Positions 10,197-62,600 of a DNA stretch of 64,000 nucleotides are shown piece after piece. The first letter of the stretch is position 1; each line of letters begins with the position of its first letter. The stretch comes from Macrostomum lignano (taxonomy: Eukaryota): the NCBI GenBank assembly GCA_002269645.1, contig NIVC01000059.1, positions 1,426,001-1,490,000 of the forward strand, given 5' to 3'. The notes beneath the pieces were generated by a model, which saw only the letters and a list, made by a program, of their open reading frames with translations, was not told where the DNA came from and searched no databases. The position numbers were made by a program, and so were the translations under genes.

Positions 10197-13100
10197 ATGG
10201 AGACTGTTCAGTTGACTGTGACTCTGTCCAGGTCTCCGAATTTCGGCTTAGGCATCGAAATATCCGGAGGCATTGACAGTCGACCGATGCACCCCGTGGC
10301 TGGCATCGACGAGGCGCCAGGAGGTGTTTATGTTTGCACGGTGATTTCAGGCGGCCCGGCTGACAAGGTCCTCAAGCCGGGTGACCTGCTGCTGGGCTGC
10401 AATGGTTCCTCGATGCGTCGTGTAACTCACGATGAAGCCATCGCGATGCTGCAGCGAAGTCCTGTGGTCAACCTGCTTATCGAGCGGACTCTCAATGCCA
10501 GGCCATCTGGAATCGTCGGACCGGGGAAGCCTGACTTCCGTGAGGACCCCGTTGGCGGCTGTACAAATGGATCGTGCATTCTGGACGGCAAGGAACTGCA
10601 AGACTTTGAAGTTGAAGTGACTTTCGCCGTGCTTTCAAAAGAAACGCGAAAGTGCCAGTTGGCCGTAGTGAAGACTCTGGAGAGTGTCAACGGTGTCTCA
10701 GTGGACCAACTGGCTTCTCCAGCTCATTTAGCACGGCTAGTTGACTCCGCCCAATCCAGCACACTAAGATTCAAGCTAGCCAATATGGGACCTTTGACAC
10801 TTTCCAAGGTGGGCTCACAATCTGCAATACAATCTAATGGAAGCGTCACAAATGAAAAACAGAAACAAAAGCAGTATCCTTCACATGTAAGCCAGAAAAT
10901 GGAAAAAGAGAAGTCTATAACTCTGTCTAATGGCATGAAAGAGTCAAAATATCTTCAAAAACTAAAAGGCAACCATACCAATTGCCTGGGAGCAGACCTT
11001 GTCACTGGCCAGGAAGATTACAACAACAAAGGGCTCAGCGGCGAACCTGGTGCGCCATCAAGACTGAGTGACCACCTGCAAACGACAAAAGCAGGTTCAT
11101 ATGAAAGTCGCGGAGCTCAGCTGCTTATTGACTCGCATGAAGTCAGAGTTCAAGTACAGACTGCTGGTCAAGTAGATGGCCAAGCGGTTTCACGGGTTCA
11201 CAGGGCTGTCAGTAGCGGGCTAAATCCAAACAACTATTCGGATAGCAAGAACACGAGAAATCTTAATTCAGCTGAGCCGATTAGGCTTCGGAAATTTGGA
11301 ACGACATCCGATCCGATGGAGCTTCGGCAACTGCCAGCTGAAGCCGAAGCTCGCAACGAAGTTCGACAAACAACAGGCTTGCAGCCAAAATTCGTATTGT
11401 CAAGTACCGCTGCCTCTTTACTTCAAGAGCGTCCAATGACAGATAAACGACTTACCGAGACACAGCAAAGTAAGACAGAAGTCGGCAATGGCTACGGTAG
11501 ACAATCAGATGTGCAGGGTGGTCGGAAATATGATCAATCGTTTGTGCACAGAAAAATAGTCATGCCGACAATAAACCCCCCTGAATCAAATTTAGTCGTT
11601 ATGGAGCATTCCAAGTGGAGCTCCAGCGTAGATCAAAGTCGACCGTTAATATCTCAAACGTCCGGTGTATCCTCGGTGAGGGAGCCAAAGGAGAATCAGG
11701 AAATTGTTACGAAGCCAGCGCATTTTCCCGAACGTCAACAGCAAACAAACGCGTCAAATTATTTTCAAGACTTTTCAGGGCCGGAAAAAACTTCCAGGTC
11801 TGTAAACGCAGAAGAGAGCAGAAATACCAATAATTCACGCACACTGATCAGTCAACCTCTTTGCCGGAGCTCTGACGCGAAGAAATCAAATAATTTAATC
11901 AAGTCCGGATCCAATATTGTCAATAGAAAAGATATACAAGAATTCATGGATGAATTGCTGCCGCCAAGGCAAGCAGAGAAGGCGACTTTCTATCTAGGAA
12001 AGCCGTCAAGTGAAACATGGAATCTTCCATCGAGCTTTATCGAGGAATGTCAACACTTTTCGTCAAGTCGCACCCGATATAGTCAACTTACCGACGCGCC
12101 AGACAGTCAACCAGGCGAGAAGACACTCCGGGTCGTGCCCGACCTCGACGGATCGATCGGCGTGCGGCTGGACGGTGGTAATGCGGTCGGAATATTTGTG
12201 CGCCAGGTGACCCCAGGAGGCGTAGCCGATAGAGCGGGCATCCGTCCGAGCCACCGACTACTCGCCATCAACGAAAAGAGCATTGCCCGAGCCACGAAGG
12301 AAGAGGCCATGCTTTTACTACTGCGAGCCAACGGCCAAGAGCTTCAGGTTCGTTTGATTTACGACCAGGCTGGTTATCAAGCTTTCGTCGCGAGCCAAAA
12401 ACCGGGGGAAAACTTCTTCGTGCGGGCGCACTTTACATACTCGACCCCGGCGCCGGGCGAGACGGCTTTTAGACGAAATTCCGTGTTCCAGGTAAGAGAT
12501 ACTCTTGTAGGCGGAGTTGTTGGTAGCTGGGAGGCTGTGCGAGTTCATCCGCTGCCAGCCGAGACCGAGGCCTCTTTGATTCCGTGCGCAAATCGAGCCG
12601 ACCAGATCGTCATGGCGAACGCTGGCAGCGAGCTGCCAACAGCGTTCCCTCCGTACGAGCGGGTGGCTCAACGCCGGGCAACCTTCTGCCGGCCTGTGGT
12701 CATATTTGGTCCGTTTGCCGACCGCGTGCGGAACTATTTAGTAGCTACTCATCCAGACAGGTTCGAGCTGCCGAAGCATTCGGGACCCACAGTGAGTTTA
12801 AGTGACCTGATATTTATAATTTGCTAATTTCCCGCTAATGCTCTGAAAATTCAACCTAAAACCCGGTGATTCCACTGCAAGGTGAAACTATCCGAAATTC
12901 GCTCTGTGGTTGCCCGCGGCAAGCATTGCGTCCTAGATTTGAACCCGGTGGCGGTGGACCGTCTCTGCTTTGCTCAGCTGGCTCCCATTGTGCTATACGT
13001 GCGAGCCGCCAATCGCATGGTGGTGAAGAAGATTCGTAAAGAGCGCGGCTCGAAGCGTCTTTACCAAGACAGCTGCAGGATGGAGCGATGGTGCAGCCAC

Positions 13101-13914
13101 CTATTCACTGGGGAGTTCACGGTGGACCAGCCGGACTTGAACCCGTTGCTAGCTGGACTCGACGGCCTCATTCATCTGCAGCAGTGCCAGACACTCTGGC
13201 TGGCTGAAAAGGACGAACGATTAATCAGAGCGTTGTCGGAGCCCAGTCTCTGCTGTTTAAGTGAGTCGCCTTCAATGTGTTTTCTGAGTAGCAAATTGCT
13301 TTTTATGTATATAATAAACTATTCAGCTTAAACAATACTGAATCCGAGCAGAGTCCAACCAGCAAGACTTGGAGCTGCCAATATATTCAATGATTAGTGA
13401 AAAACACGACAGCAACGAATGGATGACCTGCGTTCATCACATGGAGGATCAACAGTTTCAGCAGCGGTACAGCCCGTCAGGCAGCTGCTGCTCGAACGAT
13501 TGTCCGCAATCGGCTCACGTTGAAGACCCAGTCGAACTTCGCAAACAACAGCCCATAGCTCTGTGCACAGGGCTGTTTGACTTTGCGGGAGGGCAGCTGC
13601 GCTGCTCGCGAACAGGCGCCACATTGGAGGTTCCACCCAACGCACTGGCTCTCGGGCGTCTTCAACGCCTTCAACTGGCTGTACTGGGCGCTCAGACGCT
13701 GCTTCTTGGACCACCTGGGGTTCGATTTCAAAAGCATCTGACTGTTCGCCTGCCTACCGGATGGAGGAGCGGTCGAATTGTCACGGGAACTTTGAGCGAA
13801 TCTGGAGAAGTGACCAAGTGGACAGAGCTGCACTGGCCGTTGGCTGCTGCGAAATCCAGCGAGGGCATTGTCAGCTATACTGGCGATGCCTTTGCGGCCA
13901 CAGGTGCAGCTTAG
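10197..13914 (+). CDS. TJP1: ZO-1 / polychaetoid-like MAGUK (PDZ, degenerate PDZ, PDZ, SH3, GuK, ZU5). Exons 10197-12791, 12882-13260, ~13352-13914
   Basis: PDZ1 (NFGLGIEISGG), PDZ3 (GSIGVRLDGGNAVGIFV), SH3 (FFVRAHFTY...FQVRDTLVGGVVGSWEA), GuK-like (PYERV...RPVVIFGP; KHCVLDLNPVAVDRLCFAQLAPIV) and C-terminal ZU5 (GLFDFAGGQL...GATLEVPPNAL...LLGPPGVRFQKHLTVRLP). GTGAGT donors at 12792 and 13261 join in phase. Confidence 0.88.
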
Positions 13915-13992
13915 AAGATGCGTTTGAACAATTTTTACCTAGAAAACTACGTTTTTAATCATAAAAGTTTTCGCTGACTGTAGCTGGTACCC

Positions 13993-14145
13993 TACAGCAA
14001 TCCGACGTCGATGAGTCAATTGTTTTGCATTACACCGACCTTCAGGTGACGTATGACGTCCAAGGACGACGTCAAATAGTCCTTGATGACGTGATTATCC
14101 CTCCGATTTTCAAGCGACGTCCATCGACGTCGGATACGTCGGATT
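13993..14145. mobile_element. Small GACGTC-rich MITE-like element, copy 2
   Basis: Perfect 14-bp inverted repeat ATCCGACGTCGATG (14000-14013) / CATCGACGTCGGAT (14122-14135), several internal GACGTC motifs, and the same 5' start as 6959. Confidence 0.55.
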
Positions 14146-14865
14146 TCTTTCATACATCGGCGGAATTCGAAATTCTGCACTGGATAGTTACATTTTATGC
14201 ACACAGAAGTGGTTCTCACCAAGCACCTTGCGCTCAATATATAAATTCTCGACCCGAAGAGAAACAAAAAGTAAATTTACGCTTCTATTTAGCTATTTAC
14301 TAGAAAGGATCCAAGTGTAATCTTTTACTCCCTCAAAAAATTATATACGCTTAGCATGCAAAACTTTGTCACTTTATAAGCAAAGCTAATACTCTTAGTT
14401 GCATGGCAATAGTCATTATTATTACTATCCTTACTATTAGCAATGCAACGTACAGTAAATTCTATTATTATTTAATAAAATTTCATACTGAATCGTCATT
14501 GTACTTTGCGGATAGCGTATGCCGGATTAGATTTTATGAAATCTAATAACTTTTCAAATGTTTTTTTGCGATTTCAAATACTTTTTGTGACGATATACAC
14601 AGCATGCGTTTACAGGCTCTGTGCACAAGTGTTGGAACACAAACTTCATACAGTAATGTCATGCATTTAGTTACGCCATAAACGAAATTGGATAAAAGAA
14701 ATTTATAAATCTTAGCGCTACAAATTAGCGCTGAAAACCGGAAAATTACAATTGATTGGGTGGGAGAGGTTATCGGAAGTCTCATTTCCAGTTAGCGTCA
14801 TCTACCGATTTGTCTACTATATGTGCCAAATAGTAGTAAAATACTTTGTGGAGCAAACTAAAATA

Positions 14866-15130
14866 ACGCTCGATATTCTCTGCGGCACTGCTCTATGAAT
14901 GCGAAGAGCTGGACTCTGGGGAAGAAAAGTAAGAAAAATAGAAGAAAAGAAAAGACACTCACACCGTTTAAAATTAAGTGTTACAGAAGAATGCTAACGA
15001 ATACAATGAAAGAAAAAAAGACAAATGCCAAAGTTTGGAATAAAGTGACGTAGGTATTATTGGGAAAGGAACCAGAATCTGTAAAAGAGATCATCAAGCG
15101 AAGAAAGTTCTTCAGAAATGGACATCAAAC
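14866..15130 (+). mobile_element. Decayed non-LTR retrotransposon (RTE-like) fragment, C-terminal of the RT domain
   Basis: Frameshifted translation SIFSAALLYECEE-WTL...KCYRRMLTNTMKEKKTNAKVWNKV...KEIIKRRKFFRNGH matches the LLYGCETWTL / FE..C.RR.L.I.W / I..RRL...GH motifs of RTE-type LINEs. Confidence 0.7.
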
Positions 15131-15819
15131 TGTTATAATGCTTAAATTTGTTAGACGTTTACTTGCTTTGCGTTTTTAATATTATAACAATTGAGGTCAT
15201 TTGCTTGACATGATACTTCTTAAAATGTACGCCGCATATCCGACCTGCAGCGGGACATTCAGCGGACGGGTTTTGAACTAAAGCCTGCGTCGTGCACAAC
15301 TGCAGATTCGAGCCGATGTTTGCCAGCGATGGCTAAACAGAACATTTGGCACTGGATTTCGATTTCTTAGATAACACTTCGTTGAAGATCCTGGAAAACT
15401 TAGCTGAACTCGGTTCAAAGTTTACTGAGAATTGGAGGGAAGGCTAGCGCCTGTCGGACATGAGGTCGAATATAAAATTAGGGCGGTTTGGTGCACGCCT
15501 GCTTCTTTTATTTTGTAGTATTAAACTTTTAAACTATTTTAAGGTACATGTAAGTAGTATCTTGAGTGTATTTTTCGTATTATTTATCTTTATACCGGTA
15601 GCACTTTGCAGTATGCTTAAAACATGTATGATTGAACGGTTTTGATCTCATTGGTTTTCCCTTGTTGGTTACGTGGTTAGTCTTTATTATAATTATTTAA
15701 TGTACGAGTGTAAATTAAAAAAATTATTTATAAACGTCTTTCACAGCTGAGGCTGCTTAAGTGACAAATTAAAAGTATGTCATGCAGTCCAAAGGATAAA
15801 TGAAGCAAATATCAGCAAG

Positions 15820-16179
15820 GTTTTTTTAGAGGCAGGGGGGTAGTGTGCACCCTGGCGCACTTTAAGCGACATTGGCACACAACCGGCGAGAGGCGTTACT
15901 GCCCATTCCGCCGACTCCCCTGAGCAGGCATACAAGCGCGCAGATACGTACGCAGGCACACACTCTCACAGGAGTGTACAGCGGCCCTAACTTTATATTA
16001 TCGTTAGGCATGTGCACTTTACTGTGCCTTGGGGGGTTGGCTCTCAAGGCCGTTAATTGCACGAGCAGAGCCAAGCCGAAATTCCAATTCAGCCCCAAAT
16101 TAATGTGACTGCACTTGGAATCGAGCCTGGGTCGCTGGCACACCAGAGCAGCTGCGCTACCGCTGGGCTACGGCCCCCC
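15820..16179 (-). mobile_element. tRNA-derived SINE, apparently full length
   Basis: The minus strand starts GGGGGCCGTAGCCCAGCGGTAG (A box)...GGCTCGATTCC (B box). The body is shared with copies at ~735, ~5040 and ~47945, and it ends at a short A-run. Confidence 0.75.
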
Positions 16180-16648
16180 TTATCAGCAAGGTTGCTAATT
16201 GCCCTTCTGCTAATTCCTGAGCACAAACATACACGCATGTGTAAAGACTCTCCCAGGCTGCCCTAACTTTCTAAATTTTCGTGTATTTTGTGGTGTGCTT
16301 TGTGGGTTGTTCGACCTCAGGGACCTGGATCGCATGAAAGTCGCAAGTCATTTTTTCTTGTTTTAAAAAGTCTTATTAGCCACTTTGGTCATGCACCGAG
16401 TCGAATCCAGGTTTTCGTACGGTAGATTGCATGAATATAATAGCGTTCGGAGTTTACGATGCATGCAAGCAAATTAATCTTCTTTAAATTAATAATAACT
16501 GCCTCAATAAAACCATTTCTAAAACCGAACTGTTAAGGTAGCAGCACTTTTGAGATTGTTATTCTTCATTCACAGCCATAATACACGTTATAGGTTTTGC
16601 AACGACTTATAGGTATAGCATGTATAATGCTGCATATACATGTACGTG

Positions 16649-16672
16649 TATATATATATATATATATATATA
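16649..16672. repeat. (TA)n microsatellite
   Basis: 12 consecutive TA units. Confidence 0.95.
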
Positions 16673-18796
16673 CACCTAAGCTACTAGCTACGTGGACTTT
16701 TTGCTCTCGTTTCGTGAAACTTTATAGTATCAATTAATTAATTGAAAACTACGAGGCTTTTGATCTGCATCTACTTCCGTTTGTGTCTGGAAGAGTGCGA
16801 GCTTATATTACACGATCAATATTAGTTACACGCCTTTCCTTTCGATGTGTAGCTACAATTGTAAATGCTAAAAAGTGTTAGAAATAAGCAGGTGTATGAA
16901 GCCAATGAATTTAATAAGTGCGACAGAAGGCGCCACTACGAGCGTAGCTACAAAAATTTAATCGATTTAACAACTTGTATTTCAATCTCGGTATCTCAAT
17001 CTCTGTATCACGTATTGCCGCATTATCATCAAGATCTTAGAAAATGAACACAGATCGTTAAAATCTTTGGCAGAGTGATTACATATGTATAAATAAAATT
17101 GAAATAGTGCTTTAAAAAAATATAAATTTAGTGAGGATGTGCGTGAGTAATTTATTAAATGGTTGGCCTGGAAAAAGACTAAACGGATAGTAGCTAATGG
17201 TGCGTGTTGTTAGCCCGCCCCGTGTTAATAATGTAAATAGCTACAGTAGCTATATGGATCAATTCGAAATATGCGATTTAGGCCGGATTAAGAATGTTAA
17301 AACTACTAGCAAAGATGAAAATATTGTTGCATCGTTATACCTTATTTTTATCCATGTTAGCCTAATTAAGCCATTATTGTTTCGCAAATACTATTGGCTA
17401 ATTGAAAATTGTTTTTTCCTGCAGTAAACTCCAAATTCTGAAAAATATCAATCAAACCAGTCTAAAATTGCTTGAACGCATCCTGTGGCAGCGATGAATT
17501 GCCTAAATTAGCCAGACCAATTTAATGCGTTTGGATTTTTAGTTAGCTAGATCAAAGATCGATTAAAAAATATATTGTAGGGAAAGAGCTACTTCACAAT
17601 AGAATATTTGAAAATAATGATATGCAAGTGAAAAGTATAAATATCTCATTTAAAGAACGTCGACACTTAATGTAGCTAATATTTAACAGTGCCGTTTTTT
17701 TCAATGTGCAAAACCAAGTGAGAGTTTTTCTAATTTCTGAAAATATTTTGAGTCGAATTTTAAATATCTTATTCTGTCCGAAAAATCTTTTTTTCTAGAA
17801 ATAGTAATCGATTCTCGTCATTTGTAACTACGTATTATAATAAATATATAGCAGTTATTAGTAGCGGGCAAATTAATTCAAACAACGCTTCATGAGCTAT
17901 CTAAACGATCGTATTATACACTTGGCGTATTAGCTACGTTTTTGTAGCCACTTTTTCTTTTTTTACACTTGATTTTTTACACTTGATTTTTTACACTTTT
18001 TCTTTTTTTACACTTGATTCTGGATTTTCTGGTTTCTAAATAATTTAATAGCTAGCTATAATTCACATATCATGCACGTTATAGTTTAGCTGCATGAAAC
18101 GTTGCATATTTTTTATTCCGGCCGGCCAAATAATAAATAATTAAGTTTTCTACGTCTACTGAATAAACATAATCATATAATCACCGTTTAAAATAATAAA
18201 TTTAGCGTAGTGCTTTTCCAGCGTAGAAAAGGTTTCAACATTCTAACGTAAAAATCAGAAACGCGCCTTTCCAATTCTGTGAGGAATTATCTTACTTGCT
18301 GACTTGCAGACTGCTGCTTCTGTTGAAGAATGATTATATAAAAAGAGATCGTTGATGTTTGCTAAAAGTAACAAATTAAGTTTTAAATAAAAAAAACTAA
18401 ATAAAAGACTAACAGTGCTAACTAATAGTGATAGAAAGAAAAACGTTTTTGGATGGCAACAAGCCAAAAAACTCTCAAAAAAACAGATGCACTGCAGGGA
18501 TGAAAAAAAGTTAGACATACGTCTGCAAACTCAATCAGAGCCAGAAAATTCTCTTTCAACCTATGCATTTTAGTCTACGATTCTAAGTACCTTGTAAATC
18601 AAAAAAATCATGACGGATTGATGGGTCACTTCCGAGCCTTTGAAAATCCAGAGTAGCTAGCAGCGCATCAAATTCTAGTCTAGATAAAAAATTTTAAAGT
18701 GTAACGCTTAAATATTAAATTCCTCTTTCAAAGTAAAATAGTTTGTATTGCCTTTTTCTAGCTCTCACTTCACACGCAACACTTGCTGTTATTCGC

Positions 18797-57361
<38,565 letters not shown>

Positions 57362-59688
57362 GTCTTCTTGGTCAAAGTAGTAATTTAGAAGGGCATCATT
57401 TTGTACGAGCTAAGTTAGGCAAGCAAGTCTAGCAAGATGGCTCGAAGGAGGCAGTCGGGATTTATTTCTTGTTGCTAAACCCAACCCCATGCCACATCTG
57501 TTTGTTTTCCTTGACGATTCTGATGTGGTCCTTGGTTTCACGTACTCCGCAGGTTTAACCATTCTCACTGCTCCACGCGCTGGTTGGCCCTTGCGCCTGT
57601 ACTTGTCTGGCAAAACTGTAGTCATCTGTGTGTAGACAGCAGCCTAGCTTACCATCTATCTGAAGACAACACCTCATTTCTTGAGCGTCTCGGTTGCTAC
57701 TATTTTTGGGGATGAGGTAAGTAACCAAAATTTTCTTCCATAAACTCGAACTCACGGTAGCGATACACAATTATTGAATTTTATAAATCGATTTTCCATG
57801 TTGGCTATTGATTTTCCTGTTTTTCAGCCGTTTGAATCTTAATCTAATCCGTCAATAAACGCGTTTCAGTACGAGAGCTACGAGCGTACGTTCTACTGCT
57901 TCAATCAGTCATAAAATAGAGGGATGTACATACCGTTTGATAACAACACGAATAACACTGTCACAAAACTGAATGACAGATTCATGTCATCAATCATAGA
58001 AATCAGTTTTTGTTTTAAAGTACAGTGTATTTTTACACCATATAGGTGCGTACCAGTTATGGAGTCTCAATCGCCATTGAGGCGTTATAACGAGTTTCTT
58101 TAGAATACTATAAAATATGCCTGAACCAAAATCTGTTTTAACTGATTTTAAAAAAATAAACACTTTGCCTACTATTCCCGCTTAAGAACGGCTAGCAGAG
58201 ATGGACAACCGTATGCGAGAGCTGCAGTTGAATGGAGAAGACAGTTTCGTGCTGCCTGATGGTGTAGCCTCGGATGCCAAATGCTCAATGGAGTGCCGGG
58301 CAAAAAGAAAATGCCGGCATAAATAAAAACTTTCACATACGTTCGCAGCACGGTGGTTGTGGCTTCTGAGCTTCTGAAGCAAGCCAAAACTGTACGCAGA
58401 CACGAAACCACGCCTGCCATCCATATAGTAGTACAGCCCACTCACTACTCCCTCGCCTATCCGCGCTGCTTTGTCTAATTTTTAGCTAGTCACCTGGCCT
58501 CCCCTGTAATTCAGCGCCCGTCTTGATGACGCACGACTCTTAAAAAAATCAACGACTTTTCTTTCAAAAGAGAGAGACAGAGGGAGAGTTAGCCGGAGAG
58601 TCGTCGCAGCAACGTAGGGAGAGTGCTAAGTCTCCCCAAATTTTGCAAAGCACTTCCAAAAAGTACTTTGGCCTCATAATCTTTGGACAATTCATGGAAA
58701 ACAATAAGCGCAGGGACGTAAAATGTCTTAAAAATTCTAGAATTGAAAATTTTGGTCATTGTCTATTTGGGAACAGCATCAGAAGCTTCCCTACAGTCTC
58801 CTACTAGTCAAGAGAATAAGGAAGTTTCCGCGGCTTACAAAGTCTTACTCACAATGGCGAAGCATTCTACCAGCGTAGATAGTAGTTCAGCAGAATGTGC
58901 TAACGAGGTAAAGCAAAAAACTACCTGTCACTCAAGGAGCATGACCTGTAAGAAAGTTTTCTGGCTGCTTCAGAAAGCAGAAGATCTGCAGATGCCTATA
59001 GATATCCATAGCTAGCGCATATGGATTTGCAGTAGTTAAAAGATAATAATCAAAATTTTTAGGTGGCAAATGGCTAAACTGATTGTTTTTTTCTCACGAG
59101 CGCCGTAGAATCAACATCTCGTAGATTAGATTAGGTTTGAACTCCACAACAGACAATTAGTTCACTTCTGGCGGGTGCCGTGAAATTTAAATTATTGAAT
59201 TTCAATGAGAATTTGTATTTAGCTCGCATATTCTACTGCTTTCTAAAGCCATATACAGACTATACACTTAGTTAACTTTATAAGAGCTGCGAGCTGGTGA
59301 ATAAAACAGTAGAAAAATCTGGCCTTAGGAAACATAAGCGCAGGTTCTACTCTGATAAATAAAGAAGAGCCTTAATATTGGCATAGGTATTTCAACAGCC
59401 AAGAAGCAACAAATTCTGAAAAGGAAAGAAAAAATACAGCATATCACACTTACTTATAATCATATTAAAATAATTGACAATAAATGTCAATATATCATCT
59501 ATCTAAAAAAAAATACAAAAAGCCAGATTAGTATACAATAATAACCAACGTGACTAAAAATTAATCTCAAACTATCGGGTTCAATACTAAAGACTTGCAT
59601 ATCAAGTTGAGAAAATCCAATTGTAATCCATTTTGACACTATGAGATTTTATTCCCGTTAAATATTACTTTTTACCACGCATTTATTG

Positions 59689-62600
59689 CTAATCGTGATC
59701 CAGTCCAGTTCTCGCATTCACACTCAGGTGGGCATGAGCACGGTCCCATGTGCGCAGCGCAGCATTGTGCCTATTCAGCAGGGATTCCACCGAGTTCAGC
59801 CTCATTTCCAACAGGTCAATGGATGCATCGAACGCGACTGAAATGACGACAACATTGCTTGGTAACGAAACTAACCAGTTTTAAACAGGCTCCCGGATCA
59901 ACTCACCGTCAGAATCCACATACGACTCGTGTGTCTCCTGCGCTCTATTCCGAAAGGTGTTCTTGAATCGCTGCAGGACGAACTGCACAATCTGGAAGTC
60001 GCGCGCTCCACCGACCTCGGAGTTCTTGGCCATCTCGTAGCTTTCATTCAGGACGCTGACGAAGAAGTTGACGATGACGAACGTAAGAAAGGAGACGTAG
60101 ATCGAGAAGGCTATCTTCGGTAAAAGTCCGTGGTGAGTGACCATCTGTATGTCGAACTTGCCCAGCATCGCAGTGAACAAGGTGGACATTGTGCCAGCTG
60201 GTGAGTTGAACTGCTGCTGCACTGAGCCAAGCAGCAGATTCATGAGCAGGCTGAAAGCAACGAAGATCACACAGAAGACGATGCTGAACGAGCGCATCTG
60301 GCTTAGAGAGAGGCGAAGCGTAGCAAGCAGGTGACTGAGGTTGGTGCTGAACCTGACAAGACCCAGCAGAGACAGCTGAAGCATGAAGGTGCTGGCGCCA
60401 AGGCAGTAGTAAAAGTACTGGTTCAGCAGCAGCAGAGCCCGTAGCTGAGGTCTGCCGCCGTTCACAGCAGCTTCGAGAGCGGCCCCAGTGTTGGCAGTCC
60501 GGACTCCATAGATGATTGCGGTCGCAGTCATGCACAGCGCGACGCAAACGTCCAGCCAGTTCTCGAAGCTGTTCCAGAAATCTCGAAACTTTCGCAACCG
60601 CACAAGAAGCAGGACAAGCCGAATGAGAACGATGATGCCAGTCAGAATCTCTGAGACCAGAGCGAAGACTCCCATGGCACCGACGTACCGATAGAGACGA
60701 GTGCTCAGCAGCTGCTGGCTCACCAGAGCTCCACCAAACGGTTGCAGCTCAACAGCCAGGGTGACAGAAGTGAACAGGTTAATGTCGGAGTACAGCAGGT
60801 CCAAGTCGATGGCCACAAAGCGAGTGTGTCGATCCAGCCAGCTCTGGCTCTTCAGTTCGTCCAGCAGAGCTCGGCTTTGCTCAAGGCTGTCGGGCAGCAG
60901 GATCGAGAAGCCACCTCCGCGGTACTCAGCCAGCCGTCCCGAGTATCCGGGACCATCAACACGGTTCATGAAGGCTTGGGCAAGAAGCTCGCCATCCGTG
61001 AGGTTGCACGGCGTCAGCTCTGTCCAGCCGGGAGAAAAGCAGCGCGTCTCGTCTTCGTCCCTATCGCTGACGAGCCCGACGCTGACCGGCTTGCGACGCC
61101 GCCGCAGCTGCCGCACGGAGACGCGGCTCAGCCGATAGCCGCAGCCGTCAGAGATGAGCTTGGATCCGGACTTCGGGAACACGGATGGCAGAAAGCTGTC
61201 GTTGAGTGCGCTGTACATTTGATCGACAGTGTTCGACACAGGCTCAATATCAGCATATTTCAAGTGGTTTAGAACGCTCTCGTGCAGCTGGAAAGTCATC
61301 GGGTCCCGATTGGTGTAGCAGATGCAGTACTGCAGGAACAGCAGCAGAATGGCAAGACAGGCGTTCACGGAGCTGCTGATGGCCTCTTTTCTCAGGGGAT
61401 CCTTCTTGGCCTCGGACTGCAGCTCGTGCAAATACGCGACGCCCTCTGTGGAAGTTTGGATTCGCATAAGTCTTGAAAATGTTTTTGCCGATGACTAATG
61501 TACGTAGAGCATCGCGATTAAATTTGTTGAATTAAAAGATCAATTAAAACATGCATACCCTTTCGAACTACTTTATTGTAGTGAGAGACTCGAACCAACG
61601 GAGTATGCTCAACATCGTAGTCCTTTCGAAAGATGACGACAAGGATGAACCCAATAACAATTACCTGCAAGTACATTAAGTAGTAATTTAGTTCTACGGT
61701 GTCCAATAACAAATGACACCGATCTAATTAATATCATACACGCTCATGAAAAATCAAACCTTCAGAGGCTGAACAAGCAGCGCTGTCTGGATGAACGACA
61801 GCACAAAGGACAGCAGCCACTGCTGCGACTTCTCCTGCCCCCACTGCATCGCGTAGAACACCAGAAACACGCCAGCGCCAACCATGCTGCCGAGAACCAA
61901 AGCCCAGCCGATGTACTGGAACCAGTACGGCAAGGTGAATCGCTTTAGGTGCGAACCGGAACTCTTCTTCACCAGCGGTGTGCTGGCGGGATTCTCTGTG
62001 TAGTTGTTCGCTCGTCCGCTCAAGTCCTCGGAGGTTCGAAACACTTGCATAGTCTGAAACATTTGATGATAGCCATTAGGTTTTTCTAAAAAACTGAATG
62101 ACTCATTAAATGTCTGACCTCATCATTAAAGTGCTCAGTAGTCAGTGCAGCATCAGTATTTTCTTCTATTGTTGAAAGAATGACGTTCTCGGGCCCATCC
62201 TTATCTGGCTCCGGCTTTCGCTCCGACTTTAGAAAGAATATTGTAACCGCTGCAGAAACGGGAATGACTACGAGGCCTCCCATGATGGAGGTGAAGAGAG
62301 TGTTGATTGACAGCTTGATGGGTCCGATGGAGATCGTGTCAGAAGCAGCCTGGCTCTCTTCACCTACGCCGTAGAACATGGCGTTGGCAATCATGGTCAT
62401 GAACAGCAGGCAGAAGCACACTCCGAAGCGCTGCAGGCGGCTGAAGTTTGTGTCCGTATCGCGCTTGAAGACGGACATCCACAGGTGGTCGTCTTGAAAC
62501 TTGCGCTGCAGATTGAGCTTCACAAAGCGAGGCTGGAACGCCAGAAGCTCCTTGGTCGCCAGTTTCAGAGCCACCGGCGGATCGAAGCCGACAATCGGCT

